Part shown: piece by piece, positions 11,896-24,200 of the stretch
How positions within the stretch are numbered: position 1 is the stretch's first letter
How the letters are laid out: every line of letters begins with the position of its first letter
Assembly (NCBI GenBank): GCA_030704615.1
Contig: CM060731.1
Coordinates: 13,268,001 to 13,332,000 of the forward strand
Direction: 5' to 3'
From: Takakia lepidozioides
Taxonomy: Eukaryota; Plantae; Bryophyta
DNA: 64,000 bases
Position numbers and translations under genes: made by a program
Notes under the pieces: generated by a model
Seen by the model: the letters and a program-made list of their open reading frames with translations, nothing else
Database searches by the model: none
What the model was told of the DNA's origin: nothing

Positions 11896-13296
11896 TCATG
11901 AAGAGTGAAATCGGTGGTACTTCGCTTTTTCAAGCTCTCCATGGAACAACACACAACCCTGTTCGCAGGCATGAATTTGTTTGTATGCTAGCCCCATCCT
12001 GGCGATCATTGTTTTTGCCTCATAATGTGATTTCGGTAACGCATTCTCTTTAGGCAAAAATGAATCCTTCAGTAATGACAGAAGCTCATCCACAAACGCA
12101 TTTGTACACTTGTGGGTCGTGCAACAATTTAGCAGCATCAAAGTTGCTATCAATCTACTGTGATGACACCCTTCATACAAAGGAATCTGTGACTCACTGA
12201 ATATTTTGTCGCAGTCTCCCTCATATTGTTGCCTCTCATCCTCCGTCGCCATCCCACCTCCGTCGTGCAACCCAGTCGAATTTGTGGCATTACCTGGTTC
12301 CTCAGTGCTTGCATGGGGAATGCCAAATTCATCTTCATTTGTTTGACAAGTCGCGTCCCTTTTGATTCTGTCAGTTGTTTCAAAAGCCTCTTGCAAAGCA
12401 CGTTGCATCTCCTCTTGTAAAAGTTGTTTTTGGTCAGCTTCACCCACACCCCTCGTTTCAGGTGTAGGACTGGACGGTCCTTCCTCCCCGTCCGAATCTT
12501 CATCATACATAATGTGAGCCTGCAATTTGCAGCACTGAAGCATGACTCAGCAGTGCAGATACATCAGTAAACGCGAAATGACAAGTCAATGTTGTCAGCT
12601 GGTATGCCTTGGGACAGTTCAAATACTGTTCAGGAACGAAGCCATTTTTTGCTTCTTGGAATTGTGCTTGATTCATTCACTTCAGCCGTTCAACAATGCG
12701 CTTGGCTATTATCAATACTTATCTTGCGGATCCAAGGTTGTCTTTGAGGTTCATCCTCAAACTATAATCGCAACGTTAGTCTAATCTAGGATTGAAACGC
12801 CCCCGTTAATCTACTTACTTGAAGTGTTTTGGTGCATGTGTGGAGGTTAGGACACACGTCACGCGATCGTGAAAACAGGTATAGCCGTGCTTAGGACTGC
12901 CAACGGCATAAAGTGTAGTCACGGCCATGACTACCCACGGCCCCACAGCCAACGTCTGTGAGACACATGTTTTGTTAGGAAGTCATGGCGCTCCTGACTG
13001 GCAATGATTTGAAAAAATGGGACCCCATCTTTAGTAGAGACATCAGGTCGGAAATGCGTGTGGAGTAAGTATGGAGTGCATACCGGAACTATAGGGTACC
13101 TCAGGTTTGGGTCCCTGCGATGCAAGAGGAGGTGATTCTTTACTATCTTGCGTAGCTGCCACTTGCCACCATGGCACTCTGAGCAACTACACAACATTTT
13201 CTTCAGGTTGTTTGCTGTGGCATAGGCGTCCTCAAACCTCCACACGTTGTGGTCTCGCAAACTCATTCTCCGCCTATCCCCTGTCGCACTCGACAC
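11896..13296 (-). pseudogene. Truncated CACTA transposase (N-terminal part)
   Basis: Transposase-associated Cys/His motif MLCSCSECHGG...VKNHLLLH (12931-13296 ORF), then PLYEGC...TNAFVDELLSLLK...LPKSHYEAK...IHACEQGCVLF. This closely matches the CACTA transposase at 51450-51960. It is truncated before the catalytic domain. Confidence 0.85.
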
Positions 13297-13358
13297 CCCC
13301 CCCCCCCCCCTCTGTACATCTTGATCGTCGTGCTGCGTTTAGGGAGGCAATGTGCTCA

Positions 13359-15330
13359 TGAGATGGTCAAGCACGCGGCCACTGCACCCATTACCGAATA
13401 TGAGAGGCTAAGAGAAGCTAACATTGCTCGCATCAAGCTCGTTGAAGCGGAGCTGCTGAAAGACATAGCACAATGAGTTCACATTGAACTATCAAAGTCA
13501 CTCTTTCCGCAGAGGTTTGCAGCTTGCGGAGGTTGATTTCATGCAATGTAGGTAGCTTTGTGAGTTCCTAAGACACCATGAAGAGGATGAGATGAGTGAG
13601 AGCGCAGTGTAGGTTATGCTCGCATGGTGGAGTGGGCGGGAGATCGCCGCATGGTCGTGAAAGTGGCTACACTTTTAGGGTTGAGGGGTGCATTAGTTCG
13701 TCATCTCCTCCATTATGTTTTCTTTGTCATGTTACACTCAGGGAACTAGTGGTTGCTTTAGGGTTTACAACACCTCCATGGGGCGTCCAATGTAGGATTG
13801 TGGGAGAGAAGCCAAAGCGTGCAAGACGACGGCCACCAGCCCGCCCCTCTGGTCCCCCAAGACGCAGTGGAAGAATAGAGTCCATGCCCCCCCCCCCCAC
13901 ACGGAGATATGCAATTGATGATGACGATGACGACGACCTCTGTGTGCCTGCGATGGAGCACATCGGGGACTCCAACAAAGACATGCCCGGCGGTGATCCT
14001 GCCCCAGCCACCATCTCGCACAAACGTCCAGCAGCTGCGGAGTCTCCATCTGTAAGTACCCAGCTCAGTGTACGTCATGTGTAAGTATCCAGCCAGATAG
14101 GAAAACTGCCCGTCCACAGTTGCATTGCCGCAATGTTGCATTGCCCCAATTTTGAAAGTACTTGCCAAGTACTATATGGAAAGGAAGGAAATGAAATGAA
14201 ATGAAATGGTGCTTTATAACGTTTGCGGAAAGCTCATAGAGCTTGTGGGATAAAATGGAAGAAAACATGAGAGAGGAACAAATCCCGAAACCACAATTAA
14301 TGTTCTAGCGATTGTGTAAGGGTAGGCCTCGTGCAGGTAGGCTGCCAAGCATTTCTGATCCTCATAGTGGAAGACATCAGTGAGAGTTTGGGTTCCACTG
14401 AATAAAGTAAAAAAGTATGACGCCTCCCGAAGGGAGCGTAACCACATCCAACGTGGTATGTGCCCATTACCACTGGGCTGCTGGTTGTCTGGAAAGGAAG
14501 AATACATACCCCATTACAAGGGGGCAAACACAGTGCATGAGAATATGGTGGTTGCATTTGCCAAAAAGAAGCAATTGAATTGACCTCTCTAGCATTCCAG
14601 GGGGAAGAGGCATTGGTAGCATGCCAACCCAAGACCTGCATGACTTCTTGGTAAATGGCACCTGATTTCTATTTTGTCATTGTATGATCCTCATTACCAA
14701 TGTGCTTCCCTGGTGGTTGTGTGAGGGCTGAGTTTTTGCCAATTGTCTAGGGTGAGTTTTGACCAGCATTGTGTTGTGTGTTGCACAGGCGAGGAAGAAG
14801 CGTGCAGCGGTTGGTGGACCCAGCGCTGCCACACAGGGCATGGTTTGCTGAAATAGGTGAACCCTCCTGTTGGCATGACTCCACCCTCCAAACGGCCTCC
14901 CACCCGGCCTCTTGCCAGTTATCCTCCATTCACACATTACCCTCATGCTTTTCCCCATTTGACACACTATGACCCTCACTCTCAGTACCCCCGACCCCCA
15001 TCTGGTTATGCAGAGCAGGCCTATGGCCATTCTCCACCCCCTCATCCTTCTTTCCAGCAACTGCCTCATAGCTACCCTCAACCTGCAATGCGACCGCCAT
15101 ACCCACCCTATGCCCCTTACCCTGGGCCCTATGTCACATCTCCCCAGCTCCAGTCACAGCCCCCACTGGATGAAGTCCCTAGTGATATCCCCGAGCCACC
15201 GATTGAAATGTCCAAGAAGGACAGAGCCAATGCACTGCGGCGTCAAAACCGGAGAGCAAAGGCAGCGGCAACAAAGGTGAAAGTGGAGCGGGAGCAGCTC
15301 GGCCTTAGTCTATCACTAATCCACCACTAG
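13359..15330 (+). pseudogene. Probable accessory ORF remnants of the CACTA element (divergent to transposase)
   Basis: TEYERLREANIARIK, PPRRSGR, acidic and Pro/Tyr-rich segments are split over several short ORFs and oriented away from the transposase. The identity was not established. Confidence 0.35.
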
Positions 15331-15430
15331 AGCACCACTAGGCTACCACTAGACAACCAGTAGTCACCACTAGTGCAGCCACTAGTCCACCACTAGGCTG
15401 CCACTAGCCACCACTAGTGCAGCCACAATG
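15321..15430. repeat. CCACTAG minisatellite
   Basis: About 8 iterations of CCACTAG with 3-7 bp spacers. Confidence 0.8.
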
Positions 15431-15819
15431 ATAAAGAAAGGAATGATACAAGCATACAAGCTCTCTCAAACTCACACACTCGCACATGAAAACATCACTC
15501 ATATATTAAGTCGAGCCAAGTGCACCCCATGCCATGGGGAATCCACACTACGGCGCCATAGCTAGACGCGGTGAGGCTCAACTCGAGAAAGATGAGCCCA
15601 CCGCGATCTGCCGTGAAGATAACAACGCCAGGTGCCCAAACATGTATTGGCCCCTGGATTGACACTTGGATTAAGGGGGTCTCTCTTGTGACGCCGGGGA
15701 GTTGCAACCTCCACAGCCTTAGTGCCCAGCCCCAGCCCCAGCATCGTCGTCGTTGTTGTACCCCCCCACAGGCCGCGCCCAAGCGACGTCATTGGGTGGT
15801 GGAACAGCTGACCACAACC

Positions 15820-16190
15820 CCATTGTTGTGGCGACGCCGTTGCGACCCCCTGGCATCGCAACGTTGGGCGTCCGAGCGCGGGGCGCCCCCAACGACGCTT
15901 TTGTGAAGTTGAGGGCCGCAAAGCCCAAAAAGGGGAAAAAAAAAACAAACTCCCACTGTGGTGATGCTCGACGCCCTGGGGCGCCCTTAGTGATTTTGTG
16001 CGAGCCGCGCGTCGTTTAAAAAAAAAAAAAAAAAAAAAAACTTGGATTGGACGCCGGGGCCTCACAAGAAAAAAAACCGTCACAGCGAGGGCCCTCTTTC
16101 CCCCTTCATGCCACCTTACGACGGTTGGGCGTCGTAATGGTGTCGCAGCGGGGGATTGCGATGCCGGGGCGTCACAAAAAAGCGCCGCCT
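15820..16190. repeat. CACTA-type subterminal repeat region
   Basis: GCGAC/GTCGC/GGGCGTC motifs and A-tracts resemble 2085-2300. The terminal CACTA motif itself is missing. Confidence 0.5.
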
Positions 16191-17309
16191 TTGGATGGGC
16201 CGGCTTTGCATTGATACTCAGGGTGCGCATTCAAGGCAATGTTCATTGTTTGATACCTGAGCTAGACTATGCGCAGTTAGGGCATCGTGTAGCTCATCTT
16301 TGTGTTTATCCTTGTGTGCATATGCAAATTTGTGGATGAAGATTGAAGCTACATAGTATAAGATGGGTTCGGGTGTGTTGCCTCCCCCTGCACCTGCGCA
16401 TTTGGAGACTCAAGCTGCATCGATTGCCAAGTGGGCACGCTCACTGGGCGCATCAACCGAGCAAGTCGAGCGGATTGTCGGGTGCCTGAATGAGGACTAC
16501 CTCTTGTGTTTGAAGAGACCTGCTCGTGTGCGTTGGCCTGGATTTCCACAGCCCTCCAACTTTCGTTACTTGTTTAGGCGCCATTGTGCAGATTTGGGTT
16601 GGGTAGATCGCAAGGAGGAAGGAGACCCTCTTGGGTTCACGCGCAGAGGTCAACGACATTTTGAGGCTCGAGGTTTGGCCTGACTTCCAGACGTCTTCTG
16701 CCAGCCACGATGAGCTCAAACAACTGGCCAGGGAGAGAGGTAATCGTATTGAACCCTCTTTTGATTTCATGAGTGAGGAGATGGGCAATTCGACCTACTC
16801 CTTGCGCAACTCTCAAAATCCGCTATGTGATCCTGCTGGTCACTCCCAAACTATGGAGGACATAGGGATTTTGGGATCCATAGTGAAGGTGGCAGTGGCT
16901 GAGCTGCACCTTCAGGATGTGGCATCGTCTAGCAATGCCCACGAATTTGGATATGGCACTGTGGTAGACAAGACATGGGACATCCTGAATGGTACAAAAA
17001 TTATACTCTCTCTTTTTTTGGTGTCCTTCATGTGGTATCGTCACAGTCCTGTGTTGTGTGTAATCTTGATGATTCAATGTTGTGCACTATCCCTGAGCTC
17101 TTGGGGTTGGATTCTGAAGCTGAATTGCCTGAGGGGGAAGTAGATGATAGTGAATCAGATTCTGATTGTGACTATAATCCAGAAGATGATGACTTGTTGA
17201 CATCGACAATCCTGACTTGATGGACTACTGTGTTGACACAGGGAATCCAACGCGTGAGGTGGGATTATATGATTTGCCGCCCAATTGGGAGTAGTGGAGT
17301 CCTGCTGAG

Positions 17310-18345
17310 TTGTTTGGTGATGACATGTGGAACTCCTCTGCTACTGAATTGCCAGACATTACATGGTTAGGTGGGGATTCGGGTCCTCGTTTGCCTTTTG
17401 GAGATTCAGCAAATCCAGTTGATTTTTTCAATTTGTTTTGGCCACTATCGGTCATGCGCCGAATTTGCAGCATGACCAACTTGTATGCCAGGACAGAAAA
17501 CCAGAATGGAAACCTGAAAGGAGGTAGATGGTGGTACCCTATCACCATCCGTGAATTGAAGGCTTGGCTTGCTGTTCACATGCTCATGGGAATCAAAAAA
17601 TTGCCTAGTACTAGATTGTATTGGAAAGCCAACAATGCCTTCTTCAATTGCCCTTCCATCATGCGCATTATGTCCCGCAACCGATGGGAGGCAATTCTGA
17701 GGTGCCTCCACCTTGTTGACAATAAGGATGTATGCACTATTGACACTGACCCTGCTTTTGATAAGTTAGCTAAAACCAGGTGGTTGCTACATGCACTAAA
17801 TGGTTTGTATGCCACCTACATGAGCCCCGAGCAGAATTTGACTGTGGATGAGCAAATGGTGAAGTACAAGGGCAAATATGCCCGAATCCAGCAATACCTG
17901 AGCAAGAAGCCTGTGCAGTGGGGTCTGAATGTGTGGTGTTTGTGTGGTGCATGTTCCAAATATGTTCAGAAGTTAGAGGTTTACCTTGGGAAGGATGATG
18001 GGAATGATATGACCCATGGCAGTGGATATGGCGTGGTGACAAGGTTACTAGAAGGATTTGAGGGTAAGGGCCATATTGTAACGATGGATAATTTTTTCAG
18101 TAGCCCCATCCTGTTCTATGATTTGGCAGCAAAACAGATCTATGCTACTGGCACGGTAAAAACCTCCCGAGTGGGTTTTCCTACGTGCCTTGATTTGGGG
18201 AAGAAGGGTGAGAGAGGTAGGCTGGAATATCGTGTTCACATAAGTGGCAAGTAGCCGCTATTGCCTGGATGGATGCCAAGTTGGTGACCATGATTTCCAC
18301 TGCCATTTCCCTTGTCAGTCCTGATTGCTTCATACAAAGATGGCA
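17310..18345 (+). pseudogene. piggyBac transposase (DDE_Tnp_1_7-like), truncated
   Basis: PVDFFNLFW...TNLYA, ELKAWLAVHMLMG, MSRNRWEAILRCLH, LTVDEQM (D1), KKPVQWG, VTMDNFFSS (D2), YATGTV. A stop at 18252-18254 is followed by WMDAKLVTMIST. The third catalytic Asp region (MGGVD) is absent. Acidic N-terminal remnants lie at 17095-17220. Confidence 0.9.
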
Positions 18346-18391
18346 CAAATATAATTATGTGGTAGTCCCCCAGTCAAGCGGGGGTGCGCAT

Positions 18392-18629
18392 AAGGGTGGA
18401 GACTCCTTCCCTCCCTGGGGAGGAGTCTCCCCCCTTGTGTTCATGTGTGAGTTGCCAATTGGGGCAAGTTAGTGGGTTCAACTCCCACTCACACAATTCG
18501 GCGTGTAAATGTGGGTTCATCTCTAGTTTTTCTGAGTCTGATTTGATGCTAGTGTTGGCCACATGTTGGTCTTTCTTTGTGTGAGCTGCCAGTTGGGGCA
18601 GGCCACTGGGTTCAATTCCCACTCACACA
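18392..18629 (+). repeat. Hairpin plus two copies of a 52-bp tRNA-like (T-arm/B-box) structure
   Basis: Hairpin GGAGACTCCT...AGGAGTCTCC, then TGTGTGAG-TGCC..GGCA-..TGGGTTCAAYTCCCA-CTCACACA at 18444-18495 and 18578-18629. Confidence 0.6.
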
Positions 18630-19769
18630 TTTTGACCCCCCTTACTTTGACCAGGTGTAAATCAGAAAATATGAATCCATTTTTTGCATTCTATGGCTCA
18701 TCAGAATGCCAATGTGCTGGACAACACCTGTAAGCAGGATGAGATCCTGCAGATTTCATCCCGTCAGTGAAAATTGCAAATTCCTCCAATTTCCCTTATT
18801 GTTTTGGGAGGGGCCCAAAAAATGGGCCCCACACTCAATGGTGGCGTTTCTCGGATTTTCGCCTGATTGGCCTGCAAATTTACGGGTGTCTGGAAGGGGT
18901 AGGTATGAGCATAATGTCCGGTCAATTTTCCCAAAAACTTTTTTTTCGCTGAGATATTCTCATTTTTCTGAGCTGGGGTCCACTTTTTTCAAAAAGTCAA
19001 CATTGGGCACTGGGCGCTTAAGGGTTAAATACATCCAGGTTGCCAGGCTTAATGACAATATTAATTTTTTCATCTAAGCTTCATTCGATTTTTCTGGAAT
19101 TTCATTAAATTTCATTAGTAAGTAGTTAATAAGTAGTTAGTACTAGCATTTACTGTAATATTTTTGCATTCCACAATTGCCACCTTTTTTTTTTCCCAGA
19201 GTTCACTTTTTAAAATGAAAATTATTCCCCTCTTCCATCTACTCCAAAGGCAAAAATTTAAAATATTCATCCTCTTAAAATGAATTAATCAAAGTCGGAA
19301 TAGAGCAACCTTTACGATACACTCATGGGATGGACAATAGATGATACATTAGACCCGCGGACCATTGGAGACCCATTGTGAGATAGGCTGTGAGCATGTC
19401 AGTGAGGCTGGGTCTATTATGAAAAAGCTTCAATTTTCCAAAGTCCTGCAAAGCAAGTTGGTCTCCTGTTCCATTGCGAAATATGTCAAATCCAAGGCCA
19501 AGTCTCTCCTAATGGATTTGAATTGTACTTCCCACTTTACACCAACTTGAAGGACTTTGCCACTAGGTCACACACCCTTTCTTAATTATCAAACAACGTT
19601 AAACTATTTAAACATAATAACATGATTAATCTTCACATTTGACTGTGATCAACCAAGAAAAAAAAACAACCAAAACACACTCCAACCACAGACAGCGCTG
19701 TGGGGAGGCTAACTTAATAAAGTAAACTGAGAGGAATTTTCTCCTCACTTTGCAGTAAGGGTCAGGACT

Positions 19770-20000
19770 TGGTGGGTGTTTCCCAAAGGTGTTTCCCTAG
19801 GGGACCCAAAAAAAGAAAAACTAGCAAATTGGAGCACAGTAAACTCCCTTATGATCTATAGTCACCTTTCTTCCCTCACTAAGGGTCCGTGGGTGTTTTC
19901 TTTTCCAGAGGTGTTTCTAGGAAAAAAAAAACAGTAAACTAGGTAGTTGCTGCACAGCAAACTCCCTTATAATCCATAGTGACCTTCCTTCCATTCCTAT
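19770..20000. repeat. Tandem duplication (~110 bp, two diverged copies)
   Basis: GTGGGTGTTT...GGTGTTT..TAG...GCACAGYAAACTCCCTTATRATCYATAGT-ACCTT occurs twice. Confidence 0.7.
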
Positions 20001-21276
20001 GCCCACTCACAGCAATGCAAAGGCAGCATGTCCCAAGAAAGCAAGTATACTGTGGCTGCAGAAAGTTTATGTCATTCGATGTCTCCAAGGTCAGTCACGC
20101 AGAAGATGAGCAATTTCTCATAATTATACATAAGGCACTGTTGATGAGTCATACATGTGAGACAGAAAACTATGAAGAAAGAAAGAAGACACAAAGGAGC
20201 TGAGCGCATCCACAGGCAGCCTAAGCACTCATGCAAGGGAGAAAGATTGCAAGAAAAACAGAGCACAAGGAACCAGCTATTTTCCACAGGAAGATGCACC
20301 AGCTAGTTGGAGATTTTCACATTGAATATTGAAGCACTTTATAACTTCACAACCTCTGTGCTGAAGCACCAAATGGTGACAAACAAACTTCAACACTCAA
20401 TCTAGTGTGCCTGAACCCATCTTCTCTGGGAGTACAGCGGGTCCCCTCTGACCTTCCATCAATGGAGGGAAATAACGTGTTCTCTTGGGCCTTCATGGAA
20501 GTAATAAGTTTGGTCTATTTTCTTCTCTCTCTCACACAATATCACTCTACTGGAGTGAGCATACTCAATAGTAGTGCTCCTTTTACACTCCCCCTGGGTT
20601 TCCCATCCTTTCCTTCCTGCTCTCTCCAAAGCAAGAGCTATGGCCACAAAGCCTAAGAAGGCGAACGTTTTCTTTAGCACACATCCTTTGACAATTTCAT
20701 CCCAGGAACAGTGCCTGAGGGGTGACTTTCTTTAAATAGAGTTCTCAAGGGTATCTCATGGCCACCATTCATAGGTTTCCATTTCTATCCCCTTCTCCAC
20801 CGTTAAAATTATCTTCTTGTCCGTTCTGTCTACACAGGCTACTGGTTCTATCACAACAAGGCTCTAGCAAGCAAGTGTTCAGAAAAATTTCCCTACCACT
20901 CCCTTTCTCTCTCCCTCTCATATCCAGAACTCTATGATCAAGTGCTAAGAAGAGCACCACCAGTCCAATTGCATGGCACTGGATCCAACAGAGCACAGTT
21001 TTCCTGACAAGAAACCAGTACTATTGGCCTACAAAGCAAGAGGACAGTTGGTCTATTTTTTCTGAACACCACAGCAACTGACCTCTCTCTTCTCTTCCGT
21101 CCTCCCTCCCACATTTCTGCTTCTTCCAAAGTGGGGTGGGGTCTGTGGCATATAGCAATGGCAACCCCTCTCATGAGTAAATCTATGGAGCTTAAGGAGT
21201 GAAACTACTGATTGCCAATGGCTGTATTGGACAGCTAGTGGCTCAGAGTCCTCACATAGCTGGGTGGCCAAGTACC

Positions 21277-24200
21277 TCAAACGAAGATAACTTCAAGCTT
21301 CAGGCATGGATACTTCAAGACCAAACTCTTCACCCCATCATCGCCTTTGAAACTCCATGAATAGAGGGCCTCCCTTTGAGAAAGATTAACTGGGTAGATG
21401 CGGTAGATTTTAAGGTTCTCGTCCCCTCGAAGTATATCGGGACGTTCTGTCTTCCAAATTGGCTCATGGTTCAAAGTTGTGAACTTACGGAGGACTGCCT
21501 GCTTCAGCCCTTCCACAGTAAGTTCTGATTCCCTGTCATGACAGACATGCCACATTTTTGTTAGAGAGTACAGCCAACAGAGCTGCATGCCACCTAAGAA
21601 ATCATGAACTATGTCACTTCAGCCAACGAGATATTATTACAGCAATGATTTCCAAAGCTTCTTGTTCTGGCCTCTGAGTGATTGTCCAGAGTAAATCTGC
21701 CAGTACTTCAAGTCCACACAAGCAACTCATTCATGCATGCACTTTAGATTTACATTACACTTGCTTGACAGCATGGAGAAAATTGGCATATGGTGTGGTC
21801 TTCTGACCAGAAGTTCCACAGGATACACGCCTCCCTAAAGTAGTCGAGGGATTTTGGTGCCCTGGACATGAATCAAAATGAGCCACAAACGTCCCTTGGG
21901 ACTAATACTACAGAACACCACAGGAGAGCATCAAAGGTAGACATGTTTCAAGAAAGGTGTGAGGCTAAGATCCAGCATTGAAAGGGAGGGTCACAAACAT
22001 TACCCTAGGAAAATGGACTCCATCTCAAAACGGCCTCGCTCACGTACATACAAGTGATGAAGGATGCCTGACTTGCGCGTGCACTGGCAAGGCCGTTTAG
22101 GTGCAACATCCTCCTCTTGAAACTGTATTTGTGTAGCTAGATAGATGCAAAGTCGGCAGGATGAGTGCACGGCAGCCATATCCACCAGAGCCAAAAAAGA
22201 ATCCGACGGCCCCTCAAACTTCCACCTGTACAAATTAACGAATATGTCAACTGAACAAAGAAAGGTCATAATGTCAAAAAATCATCTGGTCACTGAATGA
22301 AAAAGAGTCTAGTGTTATCTCTGCAGAGTTACCTCATTTAAGAATCACCCATCATTCCAGAGCAACATTCAAGGGAGTTAAACGTCTTAGATGTGAAATT
22401 CATAAAGATGGGGATTCATCGAGAAATATTTTGTACTTAGGGCAATGCAAGGTACCGAAGTAGGACAATACCGCCAGCAATAGCCACCATAACTTAACAG
22501 TGCCTCCTTGACCCATTAAAGCTACAGCCTTGAATAGCAGATGGGCACTTTTCTGTCAATAAGAGTGTGATTGGAGCTTCTGCAAGTGTCCTCCTTTGAG
22601 ACTAAGAAGCTGGATGACCGAGTACTTCGGGTAGACCAAGTGGCATGACCTCCAACGTAGGTCACAAGGTAATGAACATCCATATCAGCATCCTAGTCTG
22701 TCAATTGCGTTCCAGGGAGTAGACCCACCGAATGGTTTCATTGTAGGCAGTTGCATTGCTGGCTAGCAACTTCATTTGCACTGCCACATGCTTTACATCA
22801 GCCAGGTCCCTGATGTGTAGGAATGTATTAGGCCCAGGAGCGAAATCTGCAACATTGGGGGGGCCTACAACTACTGGGACCGACCCTGCCACACAAAAAT
22901 GACCCAGTTTACTTTCACCCAACAAGCAAATGCCATCACACACGTCTATACATTGAAATAATCTAGTTCTCTTAACATTATGGTGGTGTGCCTCTGTAGA
23001 GACTCGATTGAAAATAAATCTTTTTCTACTACAACATCATTTGACAGCTCTTTCCAATCTTGTCCGCTTGGTCAACGCAGCTAATAATTGCAGAGGAAAA
23101 TTCTCAGTGTAAAAGGGTCAATGTTCCTGGCTTTTAATCACAGTCGTGAAAAAGGATGAAATCTTTTGCAGCATCATACATAGGTGAATGAAAAAACTCA
23201 ATAGAAACATTGACTTTCCTGATGCTTACCAAGGCCTACCCACAACTATCAACAATTGCACCAAGGTCCCTTATATTCTGCCCCTACCCACCTCTGATCC
23301 TAGCCAAACAGGTGCAGGGTCTAGTACACAACTACTCTAACTGTCTCCTTGACTTTCCTATCAGACATGGACAAAAAGTAGGACACAATACCTGCAACAA
23401 GTGACTGAAAAAACTTCTCTGTGACGTAATCCTCCACATTGGAATTCTCAAACGCCAGGCTGAATTTGTACTTCTGCAGTGCCTCCACCTTGTTCATTTC
23501 TAAGAACATGCCAAATTGACTCGTCAGCGTCGTCTGAGGGAAGGAAACTATTCTCGTGATGACAAAGCTGGCCTTTACATTGACACTAACTCAACCCTGT
23601 ACCTGGATTGTGGTCACCGTACACAAGTCTTACTGCAAACCAAGTCAAACATTAGATACACTGGTAGGTACAAATACCATGACCAGCTCCAGGACGGAGC
23701 TTGTATCCCATTACATGATGCCTGCAACGATATGTCGAGAACAACATCAATGATCATGTTGCCCTCCAAAATGGAAAGCGCATCAGTACCAGTTCACATA
23801 ATTGCAGATCAGGATCTAATGGTGATCTTAGTACTGAACTGGGAACGAGACCAACGAACAGATCTTAAGAGCATGGGAGATGATTCATCAAAAAATTTCC
23901 GGCTCGCTTGCTTACTCACTAGCTTTTGGTCACTTAACGGGCTTGCACCGTTCTTGGGGTTACTACTCCCTATCATGAAGACAGATTGCTCGGTGAATGC
24001 AACTACAGAGCACCCAGCTACCCATGGCACAGCCAAATGTGTTGATTCACACGATTTCTTAGAAAAACGGGCATACCTCGACCTCCTGCAACATTTTGAT
24101 TGCAACCCCCATACGAGTCAATAGCAATACCCTCATTTGCCAACCCTTCCATGACCTGGAGACGATTGTTAAGGGCCCGACAGTTCGAGATGAAGGCTGC

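Larger units (their letters stand above)
16200..19024 (+). mobile_element. Defective piggyBac-superfamily DNA transposon
   Basis: piggyBac transposase ORF inside. The right end reads ...GGGCGCTTAAGGG|TTAA (CCCT-type TIR end at 19024, TTAA at 19025-19028). The left TIR was not found, so the left boundary is approximate. Confidence 0.8.

Noticed and set aside
14200-14300. ACGIKWKK peptide resembling a GATA zinc-finger C-terminus
   Set aside because: The first Cys pair and a continuous frame could not be found.
23516-24124. 202-aa plus-strand ORF
   Set aside because: Antisense to the fucosyltransferase intron and exon, non-ATG start, no recognisable motif.
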